DNA of 55,396 nt from positions 1 to 55,396 of the IMG/VR virus record IMGVR_UViG_3300049926_000093; one strand, given 5' to 3'. The notes under the pieces were generated by a model. That model saw nothing but the letters and a program-made list of their open reading frames with translations. It had not been told where the DNA came from and did not search any database. Positions 10,345 to 18,986 of this stretch are shown here, in pieces. Both the position numbers and the translations under genes were made by a program. This DNA comes from a virus. Its lineage: Duplodnaviria; Caudoviricetes. How positions within the stretch are numbered: the first letter of the stretch is position 1; the number at the start of each line of letters is the position of its first letter.

Positions 10345-10587
10345 TGAGATGCCTTTCAGCCTTACCCTATATTCGTTGATATCGCCCTGCAATATGCTAA
10401 CCGTTGCAACATAAGCTCTAAAGGTTTCGCTTGGCTTACTATTAATGTTTAAATCTGATATTGGGAGTTTAGATTTTGCTGGAATAGACGGGGCAGGGCA
10501 GGGAATGGCGACAGGAATTTCCAATGTCTTAATGTCAGAAGCGCAACCAGAAATCAATGCAAAAAAGATAATCGCTAATTTTTTCAA
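10327..10587 (-). CDS. Lipoprotein, putative outer-membrane spanin (Rz1-like)
   Basis: Signal peptide with lipobox LISG-C, then Pro-rich EIPVAIPCPAPSIP and a helical tail. Confidence 0.65.
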   Translation of the reverse strand: MKKLAIIFFALISGCASDIKTLEIPVAIPCPAPSIPAKSKLPISDLNINSKPSETFRAYVATVSILQGDINEYRVRLKGISSPTIN

Positions 10588-10606
10588 ACTTTTATTCCTT
10601 TATTTT

Positions 10607-10999
10607 TCAGGCCAACGGGCTTTCCCAGGCCACTTTATCTTTACAATTTAAACATATATCCCAATATTCATGCTCATGAAATGCTGCATTTTGCGAATTT
10701 AATTTTATCCAGCATATTGTACAGACGAGTCTATCAAATAAATGGATCATGGTATACTTTGTTTTTAATAAGTCAGAAAACTCAGAAACCTTCCCGCGTG
10801 TTTTTTCTATAATGCAATCTATGCACCATGCCTTCACAGGATTTTCTTTAACTTGCTCTCGCAGAGCATCAATTTTTTCACTAACCCATATTTTTTGATT
10901 GCAATTTCCGCATAGTTCAATAGTACATTTTTTTTGCTCTGGCGGTGGCGTTTCTCTATGGTTCAGAGGAACGCCTATAGCATACATCGGGGATGACAT
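10607..10999 (-). CDS. Zinc-finger protein (paralog of 12696..12965)
   Basis: Four CxxC pairs; C..C...IWV...C..CIIE shared with the paralog. Confidence 0.55.
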   Translation of the reverse strand: MSSPMYAIGVPLNHRETPPPEQKKCTIELCGNCNQKIWVSEKIDALREQVKENPVKAWCIDCIIEKTRGKVSEFSDLLKTKYTMIHLFDRLVCTICWIKLNSQNAAFHEHEYWDICLNCKDKVAWESPLA

Positions 11000-11067
11000 T
11001 TTAAGCTTCCTTGCTAATTAAATACTGTCCTGTTTTATACTAAAAATAGTCTATTTAAATTTTTTAG

Positions 11068-11274
11068 CTATATCAACGATTTTTTCATTTTTCTCAAAGT
11101 ATTTAAATAGAATTGGTAGCTTGCTTCTCTTTGAGTCCAAAACTCAGACGCAACACCTAATGCTCTTTCAAGCTGAAAAGATATATCTGAATCAATTGAG
11201 CCATTACCACTGATAATTTCATTAATGGTCTTTATTGGAAGCTCTATTTCATTTGCAACATATGCCATAGTCAT
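11068..11274 (-). CDS. HigA-like XRE HTH protein, orphan and possibly N-terminally truncated
   Basis: TINEIISG...I...ISFQLERALGVASEFW...EASY matches HigA antitoxins. Confidence 0.7.
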   Translation of the reverse strand: MTMAYVANEIELPIKTINEIISGNGSIDSDISFQLERALGVASEFWTQREASYQFYLNTLRKMKKSLI

Positions 11275-11280
11275 TCCTTG

Positions 11281-11655
11281 CTATCTGCTACAATTGCTAC
11301 AACGATTGGTTTCCGTTACCAGTTGTACCCGTTTTGACTCAATAAGATCAATAATAAGCATTTTTGCTCGCGCATCCGCTTCACTATAATCTAAATTTGA
11401 TTCTATAGCTCTAAATTGAAGCATATTTCCAAGCTCTGCAACGGTGAAGGCTGAAAATATTTCATAATTTTCTAGTGAGTCTTCATCTTCAAAATTATCA
11501 AAATCATGGATATACATAATGCTGAAGCACTCAACCCCACGCTCTAATAGCTTGTCTTTTTCAGCAACCCAATAAAATAACGAGGATTGATCAACCCCTA
11601 TTTTTTTTAATTTTTTAGCTAATTCAAGAGAGCAAACTTGTGATTTTAAATCCAT
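11281..11655 (-). CDS. Phage hypothetical protein
   Basis: QVCSLELAKKLKKIG...FSAFTVAELG...EADARAKMLI pattern common in phage ORFs. Confidence 0.6.
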   Translation of the reverse strand: MDLKSQVCSLELAKKLKKIGVDQSSLFYWVAEKDKLLERGVECFSIMYIHDFDNFEDEDSLENYEIFSAFTVAELGNMLQFRAIESNLDYSEADARAKMLIIDLIESKRVQLVTETNRCSNCSR

Positions 11656-11768
11656 TATAAAAATACTCCATCGTCATCAATTTTCTAAAATTAACGAGGC
11701 GTTATTGCGATTTTCAATGTTTAAAAGATTAAAAATCAATGCAGCAGCAAAGCACCGATAAAAACTAT

Positions 11769-11987
11769 CTAGCCATTTAAATCAATACAATTAATACAAT
11801 CGAGTATTTTAAAGTAAATTTCCCTACCTGTTTTTTCTATATCGTCATGGCGAAAACCTACAAATTCTTCATGGTCATCAAGAATTTTTCTTAAAACCTC
11901 TAATTCATTAAGTGTAAAATCAATAGTAATGCTCTTAGTACTCATTATCAAACCACCAAATTGTCTTTCGGAAACGTCAGCCAACAT
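11769..11987 (-). CDS. Hypothetical protein
   Basis: ORF in the leftward gene run. Confidence 0.45.
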   Translation of the reverse strand: MLADVSERQFGGLIMSTKSITIDFTLNELEVLRKILDDHEEFVGFRHDDIEKTGREIYFKILDCINCIDLNG

Positions 11988-12238
11988 TTATCGCAGGGCT
12001 TTATATATAAAAAGCCATCGTGTTGCTTCAATTCCACCGCTTCTAATATTTCATCGCAATTATAACACTTGGCATTGATTTCTATATTTACGTCAATAGT
12101 TCGATTTATGTGCATTTTAACCCCCATTTTTTATATTGAAATGGCATTAATAATAACATATTAATGCAAATCGGCGGGGAGAGGTTCGGACAACTTAAAC
12201 CCCAGATTTTTAATAATTTTTTGAGTAGTTGGAGCCAA

Positions 12239-12439
12239 TTACACATTGTTTAGATTTCGATAACACATTTCTTCCAAGACTTTCTTAATTGTTCTAATGC
12301 TAGCATCATCAAATCGCATGTGTGCTTTAAAACCTAGATGGACTCTCGAGACTTCGCTAGTTAGTTTTAAAATAAGTTCATCGGCGGTAGCGGTTTCATA
12401 AAGGCGTTCTGTTGTTTTTGTTTTCATTTGATTACCCAT
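12239..12439 (-). CDS. Hypothetical protein
   Basis: ORF downstream of a TATACT -10 and operator motif at 12468-12485. Confidence 0.5.
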   Translation of the reverse strand: MGNQMKTKTTERLYETATADELILKLTSEVSRVHLGFKAHMRFDDASIRTIKKVLEEMCYRNLNNV

Positions 12440-12587
12440 CCTTATCTAATTTCTTACTATATATAAAGTATAGCGTATATACGCTGGTTTGCATGTTAAA
12501 TGTACTATAATTTTTTGCCAGTCAAGAGTGGGTTTAGGACACTGAGCCACAGCTTTTCAAGCCTTGATTGGTGTTTTTTAAACATCC

Positions 12588-12625
12588 ATCAAAACACCGA
12601 TAATAAAGTTTATCGGTGTTTTGAT
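12588..12625. repeat. Perfect 16-bp inverted repeat with a 6-bp spacer (ATAA-N6-TTAT core)
   Basis: ATCAAAACACCGATAA-taaagt-TTATCGGTGTTTTGAT. Confidence 0.85.
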
Positions 12626-12695
12626 ATCGGGGTATGAACCCCTCATCTGTAACCATTCTCCTGATTTCAGGAAAATGGTTATAAAGCCCAGTTCA

Positions 12696-12965
12696 TTATT
12701 TCCCATCAGGATTAAGATTCTTAATTATTACCTGAAGGGGGTCAATTCTATCTTTATGGTTAGCCTCTTCCTCGGTAAACTCAATCACACATTTTCGGCA
12801 CATTTGAATAAAATCCGCTTTTTTATTCCTTCTTCTAAGCTCTATTGATTTAACGCCGACCCAAACCACATCCCCGCAGCCATCGCAAATCCCTTTTTTT
12901 GCGTTATAGTCAGGGATAGGGTTTTCGTCTATTGATAGGCAAGAAATTATTGTACAGTCTTCCAT
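12696..12965 (-). CDS. Zinc-finger protein
   Basis: CDGC...CRKC; similar to 10607..10999. Confidence 0.55.
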   Translation of the reverse strand: MEDCTIISCLSIDENPIPDYNAKKGICDGCGDVVWVGVKSIELRRRNKKADFIQMCRKCVIEFTEEEANHKDRIDPLQVIIKNLNPDGK

Positions 12966-13001
12966 TTTTCAATCACGCTGTTAGAAAATAACGTTTAAAG
13001 T

Positions 13002-13319
13002 TTAATATGACCTAGAGTCTAAGCCCCTATCGTTACAGATAGTTATATGGCCACCGAAATCAGGGGAATCATTTTTTTCTATTAAAAGCAATCCAAATTC
13101 ATTTTGGAAATTCACAAGTGCTTCTATTGTTTCAATATCCAAACACGTATAAGGCCACCTGCATCCTGCCGAGTTCTCTAAAAATGGCCCACTTAAAACA
13201 AAAGAGTGTTCGCTTTCTTCAAACGTAAACCCTATTTTTTCGAGTCGTTTCACTTCTAATATGTCTTCTTCATAATTTTTATAGAAGCAATCTTCGGCTG
13301 ATTGGACAATAAATTTCAT
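13002..13319 (-). CDS. Hypothetical protein
   Basis: ORF with a 4-bp overlap to the upstream gene. Confidence 0.5.
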   Translation of the reverse strand: MKFIVQSAEDCFYKNYEEDILEVKRLEKIGFTFEESEHSFVLSGPFLENSAGCRWPYTCLDIETIEALVNFQNEFGLLLIEKNDSPDFGGHITICNDRGLDSRSY

Positions 13320-13639
13320 CTTTTATTCTTCGCTTTTCCAACAGAAACGCATTTTTCTAAGATGTCTTTTGCTGATATCGCTATATCTCCGCAAAGCTTA
13401 TCGATTGTTGCTGCCATAATATTTTTCGCTTTCGCGGCATCATCAGCCTTCATGCCAAATGACGTTAGCATTGATACCATCGAGGATGCCGCGGCACCAC
13501 AATAAATATTCAATGATTCACTTGGAGGTAAATCGCGGCTTTTTTCAAACATTTCAAGGGTTAAAGCGCGAAATTTGGGATAGAATTCCTTAGCAATTTT
13601 ATACCCTTCGACATTAAAAGCTTCATCTAATTCGGCCAT
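13316..13639 (-). CDS. Hypothetical protein (tandem paralog of 13680..13982)
   Basis: Shared M.ELDE.FN...KEF...IY..A.A...ML..F...ADD....KNI...T.DK.C..I...AK. Confidence 0.65.
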   Translation of the reverse strand: MAELDEAFNVEGYKIAKEFYPKFRALTLEMFEKSRDLPPSESLNIYCGAAASSMVSMLTSFGMKADDAAKAKNIMAATIDKLCGDIAISAKDILEKCVSVGKAKNKR

Positions 13640-13679
13640 GACTGATCCTTTCTGTTATCTTCTGATTGAACAATAAATT

Positions 13680-13982
13680 TCACGATCCATCCTTAAAGAC
13701 ATTGACATCCTCTATCATCAAAATTTTTGCTGCCAGTGATATTCTTGAGCAAATCTTGTCAACAGTATTGAGTATAATATTTTTAATTTCCACTTCATCA
13801 TCAGCTTCTGTCTGAAATTGCTCGAGCATTCTTATAATAGCGGCAGCTGTAGCCATGCTATAAATGTGAAAGATTTCATCAATATCAAGCCCACTATTTT
13901 TTTTAGCCAGGTTAACAGCTAAGGCAGAAGATTCAGAATCGAATTCTTTAAAAATATTAAACCCTTCGTCTAATTCGGTCAT
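13680..13982 (-). CDS. Hypothetical protein (tandem paralog of 13316..13639)
   Basis: As for the paralog; upstream DNA is also similar. Confidence 0.65.
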   Translation of the reverse strand: MTELDEGFNIFKEFDSESSALAVNLAKKNSGLDIDEIFHIYSMATAAAIIRMLEQFQTEADDEVEIKNIILNTVDKICSRISLAAKILMIEDVNVFKDGS

Positions 13983-14058
13983 GACCCATCTGTTCCTGTT
14001 ATCTATAGATTAGATGCAACAATTGATATTTATAGATGTTAATTGTTAGAAAATAAAA

Positions 14059-14334
14059 TCAAAAATCATAGACCTCTCTCCTACTCCCTACCCTCACAAC
14101 TAAAACTATAGATTCATCCTCTTCAATTCGACAAATAACCCGCAAATCTTTTACACGATAACGCCACAAGCCATGCTTATCGTAAGAAAGGGGCTTTCCA
14201 AAACGCTTGGGGTCATCATCGACAGCAATTCTATCTCTTAGATATTTTAGAATTTCTTTTTGAGATTGCTTGTCTAACTTTCTCAGTTCTTTTCGCGCGC
14301 TGTCGTCAAATTCAACTATCCAGGTCAAGACCAT
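14059..14334 (-). CDS. relE: RelE/StbE family type II toxin
   Basis: ARKELRKLD...DPKRFGKPL...GLWRYRV.D.RVIC.I...VLVVRVG.RREVY. Confidence 0.9.
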   Translation of the reverse strand: MVLTWIVEFDDSARKELRKLDKQSQKEILKYLRDRIAVDDDPKRFGKPLSYDKHGLWRYRVKDLRVICRIEEDESIVLVVRVGSRREVYDF

Positions 14335-14524
14335 TCTCCAAGTCTTTTAACGGCCATCGCTTTTTGCGTTTTTCTAATCTATTTAAAGACAGGTAGATAT
14401 CTTCTAGCTCTTCGAGATGCTCTAGCACGGCTGCTCGAATATAATAAGCTTTTGGACGCCCCGTTTTTTCTGACAATAAATCAAGTCGGTTTTCTATTGA
14501 TTCTGGTAGGCGTATGGAAACCAT
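14312..14524 (-). CDS. RHH antitoxin (RelB/DUF6290-like)
   Basis: MVSIRLPESIENRLDLLSEKTGRPKAYYIRAAVLEHLEELED; overlaps the toxin start. Confidence 0.85.
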   Translation of the reverse strand: MVSIRLPESIENRLDLLSEKTGRPKAYYIRAAVLEHLEELEDIYLSLNRLEKRKKRWPLKDLENGLDLDS

Positions 14525-14625
14525 GGCTTTCCTCCTGTCAAAAAGATACATGTATTTTAATTGAGATACAAGTATACATCGAACGAGCTAAAAAATCTAC
14601 TCAATCAACGCTTGTCATTTTTTAT

Positions 14626-15438
14626 TCACATACTGCATGATAAACTAGGCGGCTCTGATTCCTGGCTTGCTTTAACATCATTATCAATCTTTTTGAAGCC
14701 ATGTTTGTCTAACAGTTTTTGTATTTTACTTTGCATTTCTTGATTTACTTCTAGTGTAGCGGGATTTACTAATTTTACGGCGGGATTTAGTGGGTAAGTT
14801 CTTCCACCACGTTTGTACCGCTCTTCAAGCGACCATTTTTCATAGAAATTACCGTCCGCACCTTTAACTGGAAATTGCATCACTTGCATAGTCACAGGGC
14901 ATCGGATATCTATTAATTCAACTTCTGGAATTTTATCCGAAAGAAAAGAATCAATTTCGTTTGAAGGCCAAATTATTTTGGCTTCGGAAATCTCAACAAG
15001 CTTACTTTCAGCATTAGCCTCCGCATCTAAAGAACCGTATAAAATATAGACATTTGACATTAAACGCCTATTTTCTGAAATTAACATCGCCTTTTCTTCT
15101 GCTAGAGCAGCCATTTTTTCTTCTAAAGTGGACTTATTTTCTAATAGGGCGGCCTTCTCTTCTGCTAGAGCCGCTTTCTCTTCTGCTAGAGAAGCTTTCT
15201 CTTCTGTTAAACGCGCATCCCAATTATCCAAAAAATCTTTAATTTTTTTAAAAACAAAAAAAGCTCCAATACTAGATATTGCTGTTAACGCATATTCTAT
15301 AGGTGATTCCACGATAATCCCTCCATAAACACAAAGCCACATAATCAATGTCATAGAAAATATGGAAAATATAAAAATGATTGGGGGTGTTAAAAAATAA
15401 CGCCAAAATGATAAATTACTACTATCGTTTAAAGTCAT
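14626..15438 (-). CDS. Membrane-anchored coiled-coil U-box domain protein
   Basis: Two N-terminal TM helices, LAEEKAA heptad repeats, CPVTMQVMQFPVKGADGNFYEKWSL...YPLNP...N; probable start ATG 15438. Confidence 0.8.
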   Translation of the reverse strand: MTLNDSSNLSFWRYFLTPPIIFIFSIFSMTLIMWLCVYGGIIVESPIEYALTAISSIGAFFVFKKIKDFLDNWDARLTEEKASLAEEKAALAEEKAALLENKSTLEEKMAALAEEKAMLISENRRLMSNVYILYGSLDAEANAESKLVEISEAKIIWPSNEIDSFLSDKIPEVELIDIRCPVTMQVMQFPVKGADGNFYEKWSLEERYKRGGRTYPLNPAVKLVNPATLEVNQEMQSKIQKLLDKHGFKKIDNDVKASQESEPPSLSCSM

Positions 15439-16168
15439 TAAAAGCACCTTTTTCTTCTGTTTCCTTTTCGCATGAAAAAGAATTTTCAATTTTTTTCAAT
15501 CCTATGTGAATAGATGTAAAGCTGTTATTTTTTAATTCTTTTTGCCTATTTCTTTCTGATGTTAAGGCCAGGCAATAAGCTGGTGTTTTCTTGATTTCTT
15601 TTATATTTTCTATGAAGTCTATATTTTTCGGCAACAAATCTGGATCAGATAATTTAATATTTTGATTAAACGGATAAACAGTGCCACCCTTTGCTATAAT
15701 GCCATGTAATGTTTTTCTATTATATGTGCGTCCGTCACCCCCCAAAACACAATCATCATCAAGAGGCTCCGCGGTTATTGGGTCTGTGGGATTAAGTGCA
15801 TCGATATTTATCCCAAACTCTTCCCGAACAATTCTTATTATATCTTCATTGGATATCTCAGCAAATTTAGCTACTTTCAGAACTTGTTCGATCGCTCTTG
15901 CTTGCGCTTTTGTGGCAACAAGCTCGTCCCTAAGCTCCTCGTTATCTTTTTCTAATTTTGATATTTTTTCTTTTGAATTTAAGTCTTCCTTTTTTAATTT
16001 CAATATCTCTTCTTTTGATTTTAACTGTTCTTTTTTTAATTCTATCAGTTCTTCCTCAGCCGAATAACTTTTCATTATTCTTTTGTAAACCCAAACGACG
16101 CCAACCGCAACAATTGCAACAGTTGCAACAATTGCAGCACCGCCAAGAAGAATTGTAATCGGATCCAT
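15422..16168 (-). CDS. Membrane-anchored coiled-coil U-box domain protein
   Basis: N-terminal TM helix, coiled coil, DPITAEPLDDDCVLGGDGRTYNRKTL...YPFNQ...LPKN. Confidence 0.75.
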   Translation of the reverse strand: MDPITILLGGAAIVATVAIVAVGVVWVYKRIMKSYSAEEELIELKKEQLKSKEEILKLKKEDLNSKEKISKLEKDNEELRDELVATKAQARAIEQVLKVAKFAEISNEDIIRIVREEFGINIDALNPTDPITAEPLDDDCVLGGDGRTYNRKTLHGIIAKGGTVYPFNQNIKLSDPDLLPKNIDFIENIKEIKKTPAYCLALTSERNRQKELKNNSFTSIHIGLKKIENSFSCEKETEEKGAFNDFKR

Positions 16169-16354
16169 AGTGTCTCCTTACTTTAAATTTTTATAGAAAA
16201 ATAGTTTTTTGATTAGCGATGATGGAACTTTTTTTGATGCTGGTTTTTTTATTTAACCGCCAGCCATTATTTTTTCATTTCCAGATAAATTGCAAGCCTT
16301 TTTTGATCTATTTGTTACAAACTAACCAAAAAGGGTATTTTAGACCAAAATGAA

Positions 16355-16388
16355 AAGTGGGCATCCCTGCCCGTGCCATGAACCTTTA
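16355..16388 (-). repeat. Intergenic repeat copy 1 with GGGCA-GGGA-UGCCC hairpin
   Basis: aagtgggcatccctgcccgtgccatgaaccttta, identical to 18161-18194. Confidence 0.92.
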
Positions 16389-16392
16389 AGTC

Positions 16393-17043
16393 TTATTTTT
16401 TCATGCCATTACCTTTTTCTTCTTTAACATCAGAATCTATTTTTTTAGAACCATTTTCTAGTGTTTCTTTTATTGCTACTACTTGTAGATTTTCTCTTCT
16501 TATTGTTCCTTTTTCACCCAAGTTGTAAGCAGCGTATTCTGTTGAACTACTTGGCGCGAGATCGCGCGCCTTTGCAATTACAGAAGTTGCAACAGAGATA
16601 CAACCGATAGAAATTATAGCTATGCTTACAGCTGAAATTGGTAAAAATACCCCCAAAATAATTGCTGAAACGCCTGCGGAAAAAAGTAGAATTTTCCAAT
16701 TTTTTTGAAAAAAGGATTTATTTAATAAGGTTCTTTCTGATTCCATTATTAACCCTAAAATATTATCCATCTCTGCTCTGGACCTATTAATAATCTTTAA
16801 ATCCATAATCTTTTCTGACCGATCACTTCTTTGTAATAGAGATAATTCATATTTTAACCTTGTTTCCTCCTTAGACAGCTTGGCATCTAATTTCAAAAGG
16901 ACAAGATCAGCATCCTGTATTTTTTGTAAATATGTATAATCGTGTCTAGATAAAATATCTATAGCGTTGTCTATTTCATTGGCCAAGCTTGAATTAAATT
17001 CTTTTAAATAAATCAGCTTTTTTATTATTATTTGTGTGTTCAT
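16393..17043 (-). CDS. Coiled-coil protein with a long bilobed hydrophobic segment
   Basis: About 40-aa hydrophobic stretch ILLFSAG...ATSVIA. Confidence 0.65.
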   Translation of the reverse strand: MNTQIIIKKLIYLKEFNSSLANEIDNAIDILSRHDYTYLQKIQDADLVLLKLDAKLSKEETRLKYELSLLQRSDRSEKIMDLKIINRSRAEMDNILGLIMESERTLLNKSFFQKNWKILLFSAGVSAIILGVFLPISAVSIAIISIGCISVATSVIAKARDLAPSSSTEYAAYNLGEKGTIRRENLQVVAIKETLENGSKKIDSDVKEEKGNGMKK

Positions 17044-17117
17044 AACTATTTACCCCTCATTTTTGTTGTTATTATCAAGTTAATTCACCAATAAAAATCA
17101 TCTCCTTAATTAATGTA

Positions 17118-17144
17118 CATCCCTGCCCGTGCCATGAACCTTTA
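17118..17144 (-). repeat. Intergenic repeat copy 2 (27-bp core)
   Basis: catccctgcccgtgccatgaaccttta. Confidence 0.92.
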
Positions 17145-17148
17145 TTTC

Positions 17149-18081
17149 CTAAGAAGGCCTAGGGGTCGGTGCCGTTTCTAGCGCATTAGACGCCTTCACT
17201 TCTATCTTCTTTCCATCCTCACTATATGCTGTCACTCCAAGCTCTTTATATTTTTTCGCTGCTTCTTCTGTTAAACCTTTGTCATTACCTCCTACAATTA
17301 CTTCTTTTGCACCCGTTGACGCGACATGCTCACATAGTTGATGGACTGATTTCAGTTTATCTTGATACGAAGCTTCTTGCGTTGGTTTATATTCAAACTT
17401 TCCCCCTTCTTTTTTGTATGCTTCTTTTGTATCTAACACTTTATAGATTCCGTCTTTCATTTTATCAGCAAAAAAGCTATAGCTCGGTGGCGGCGTTGGA
17501 ACTGGTAAAATGGGTAAATTTAACGATTTCGGTTTTATTTCAGAAGAAAAAGAAATTTCAGGCGTGTGTTTTTGAGTATGATCAGCAGCCCTAGAAACTT
17601 CTTTCTCCTCTTTTGCTTCTTTTTTTGGTCCATCAAGTGATTCTAGCCGTTTTTTCATCCTCTCAAACTCTGCCTTTTCTTCTGGCGTTTCTTCAATATT
17701 TTCATCATTTAAAGCATCAAGCTCAGATTTTTCTTCTGATACTTCTTCAATATCTTTATTGCTTTCTAATCCTGATAAATCATCCTCTTTAATTGCATCT
17801 TGTGAATTATCTTCAATTTTTACACTTTCATTAATATTATATTTTTTCTGAAGCTCAATAAGCTCACTAGGCGAAATTCCATCGTATCTAAGTATTTCTC
17901 GCCATTTTTCTTCTAATGCTATACTTTTTCTTTTTAGCTCATCTAGTCTTTTTTGTTGCTCTTCTGTCAACCCTCTCTCTTTTTGTAAATATTCCAAATG
18001 TCTCAATTCTTCTATCTCGCCTTTTGTCATTTCAAGTTTTTTTAATTTCTTTAGTCCTTCTTCTATTTCTTGTCTGTTCAT
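17149..18081 (-). CDS. Charged low-complexity protein with an LPD7-like C-terminal domain (paralog of 18192..18947)
   Basis: DGIYKV..TKE.YKK.G...EY...H....GAKE....G.DK.L...A.....E.G.T. Confidence 0.6.
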   Translation of the reverse strand: MNRQEIEEGLKKLKKLEMTKGEIEELRHLEYLQKERGLTEEQQKRLDELKRKSIALEEKWREILRYDGISPSELIELQKKYNINESVKIEDNSQDAIKEDDLSGLESNKDIEEVSEEKSELDALNDENIEETPEEKAEFERMKKRLESLDGPKKEAKEEKEVSRAADHTQKHTPEISFSSEIKPKSLNLPILPVPTPPPSYSFFADKMKDGIYKVLDTKEAYKKEGGKFEYKPTQEASYQDKLKSVHQLCEHVASTGAKEVIVGGNDKGLTEEAAKKYKELGVTAYSEDGKKIEVKASNALETAPTPRPS

Positions 18082-18160
18082 GACACACCCCTTTTGTTAT
18101 TATTTTTAATGCTCCATGTCAAATGCCATTTCCAAAAAACTTTTTATTAGACCACTTCCT

Positions 18161-18194
18161 AAGTGGGCATCCCTGCCCGTGCCATGAACCTTTA
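18161..18194 (-). repeat. Intergenic repeat copy 3 (supplies the TAA stop of 18192..18947)
   Basis: Identical to 16355-16388. Confidence 0.92.
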
Positions 18195-18947
18195 TTTAAC
18201 AAACCGTGGAGGGGCTTGTATCATTGGTGGATCGATTCCCTCCGGCAGTTTAATTTTTGTTATTCCGTGCTCTTGAAGTCTATAGCACGCGATGTGTAGC
18301 AAGTTTTTATCCGTTCCCCTTAACTCAGCCTCTTTTCCACCGTTTTCAACAAAGTGATCAACCATTTGCTGCACTACTTTTATCTGATCAGCTTTATTAC
18401 CTTTTACCGCATACTCATAAGAGTCACCCGTTTTTTTGTACTCTTCTTTTGTTTCTGGAACTTTATAAACACCGTCTTCTCTTCCGAACTTCAACCTTTC
18501 GGGCGGCTTCGGTACCTGCCTATTTGATTTAGTTTTTTGATGAACACTAGAGACCCGCATCCCTACGTTAGGCTGTACATCTTCAATCACAACGATAGGA
18601 GTTGAAGCACTATAAGCATTTGTTCTCCCCTCCCCCTCCGAATATTTTTGATCAAGCTTATCAGACCCTTCTTGGCCCTTTTCTTCCTTTTCCGCTTCCG
18701 ATTTATCTTTAGGCGTCACCTTTAATTTTTTTATTAATTCTAGAGATTCCTCCATCGCCTTTTTTCTTGGCTCATTAGTCTCTTTATTTTTCAAAAGATT
18801 TAATCGTTCAACTTCTATATCAATGAGCGAATCAAAAACACCTTCGTTTCCAGACCTTCCGAAATGTATCGCATTTTGAAGCTTCATTCCGAGCCAATGT
18901 TTTCTATTAAGATTTTCTATCGCCTCAAATACTTTTTCGTTTATCAT
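18192..18947 (-). CDS. Charged protein with an LPD7-like C-terminal domain
   Basis: DGVYKVPETKEEYKKTG...MVDHFVENGGKEAELRGTDKNLLHIACYRLQEHGIT. Confidence 0.6.
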   Translation of the reverse strand: MINEKVFEAIENLNRKHWLGMKLQNAIHFGRSGNEGVFDSLIDIEVERLNLLKNKETNEPRKKAMEESLELIKKLKVTPKDKSEAEKEEKGQEGSDKLDQKYSEGEGRTNAYSASTPIVVIEDVQPNVGMRVSSVHQKTKSNRQVPKPPERLKFGREDGVYKVPETKEEYKKTGDSYEYAVKGNKADQIKVVQQMVDHFVENGGKEAELRGTDKNLLHIACYRLQEHGITKIKLPEGIDPPMIQAPPRFVK

Positions 18948-18986
18948 GGCACTCTCCTATTTTTAGTTTATTTTCTAAAAATATTC

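Noticed and set aside
11068-11274. HigA-like gene as a complete second toxin-antitoxin system or as the CI repressor
   Set aside because: No adjacent HigB-like toxin, apparently truncated N-terminus, and located far from any divergent switch region.
12588-12681. Protelomerase (telRL) site of a linear phage-plasmid
   Set aside because: No protelomerase gene recognised, the main palindrome has an asymmetric spacer, and the contig closes as a circle.
14626-14645. CaaX prenylation motif at the end of the U-box protein (LSCSM)
   Set aside because: The Cys is third from the end, not fourth.
16355-18194. The three repeats as a CRISPR array or integron attC sites
   Set aside because: They are separated by whole genes (0.7-1 kb), lack attC RYYYAAC/GTTRRRY ends, and no integrase is present.
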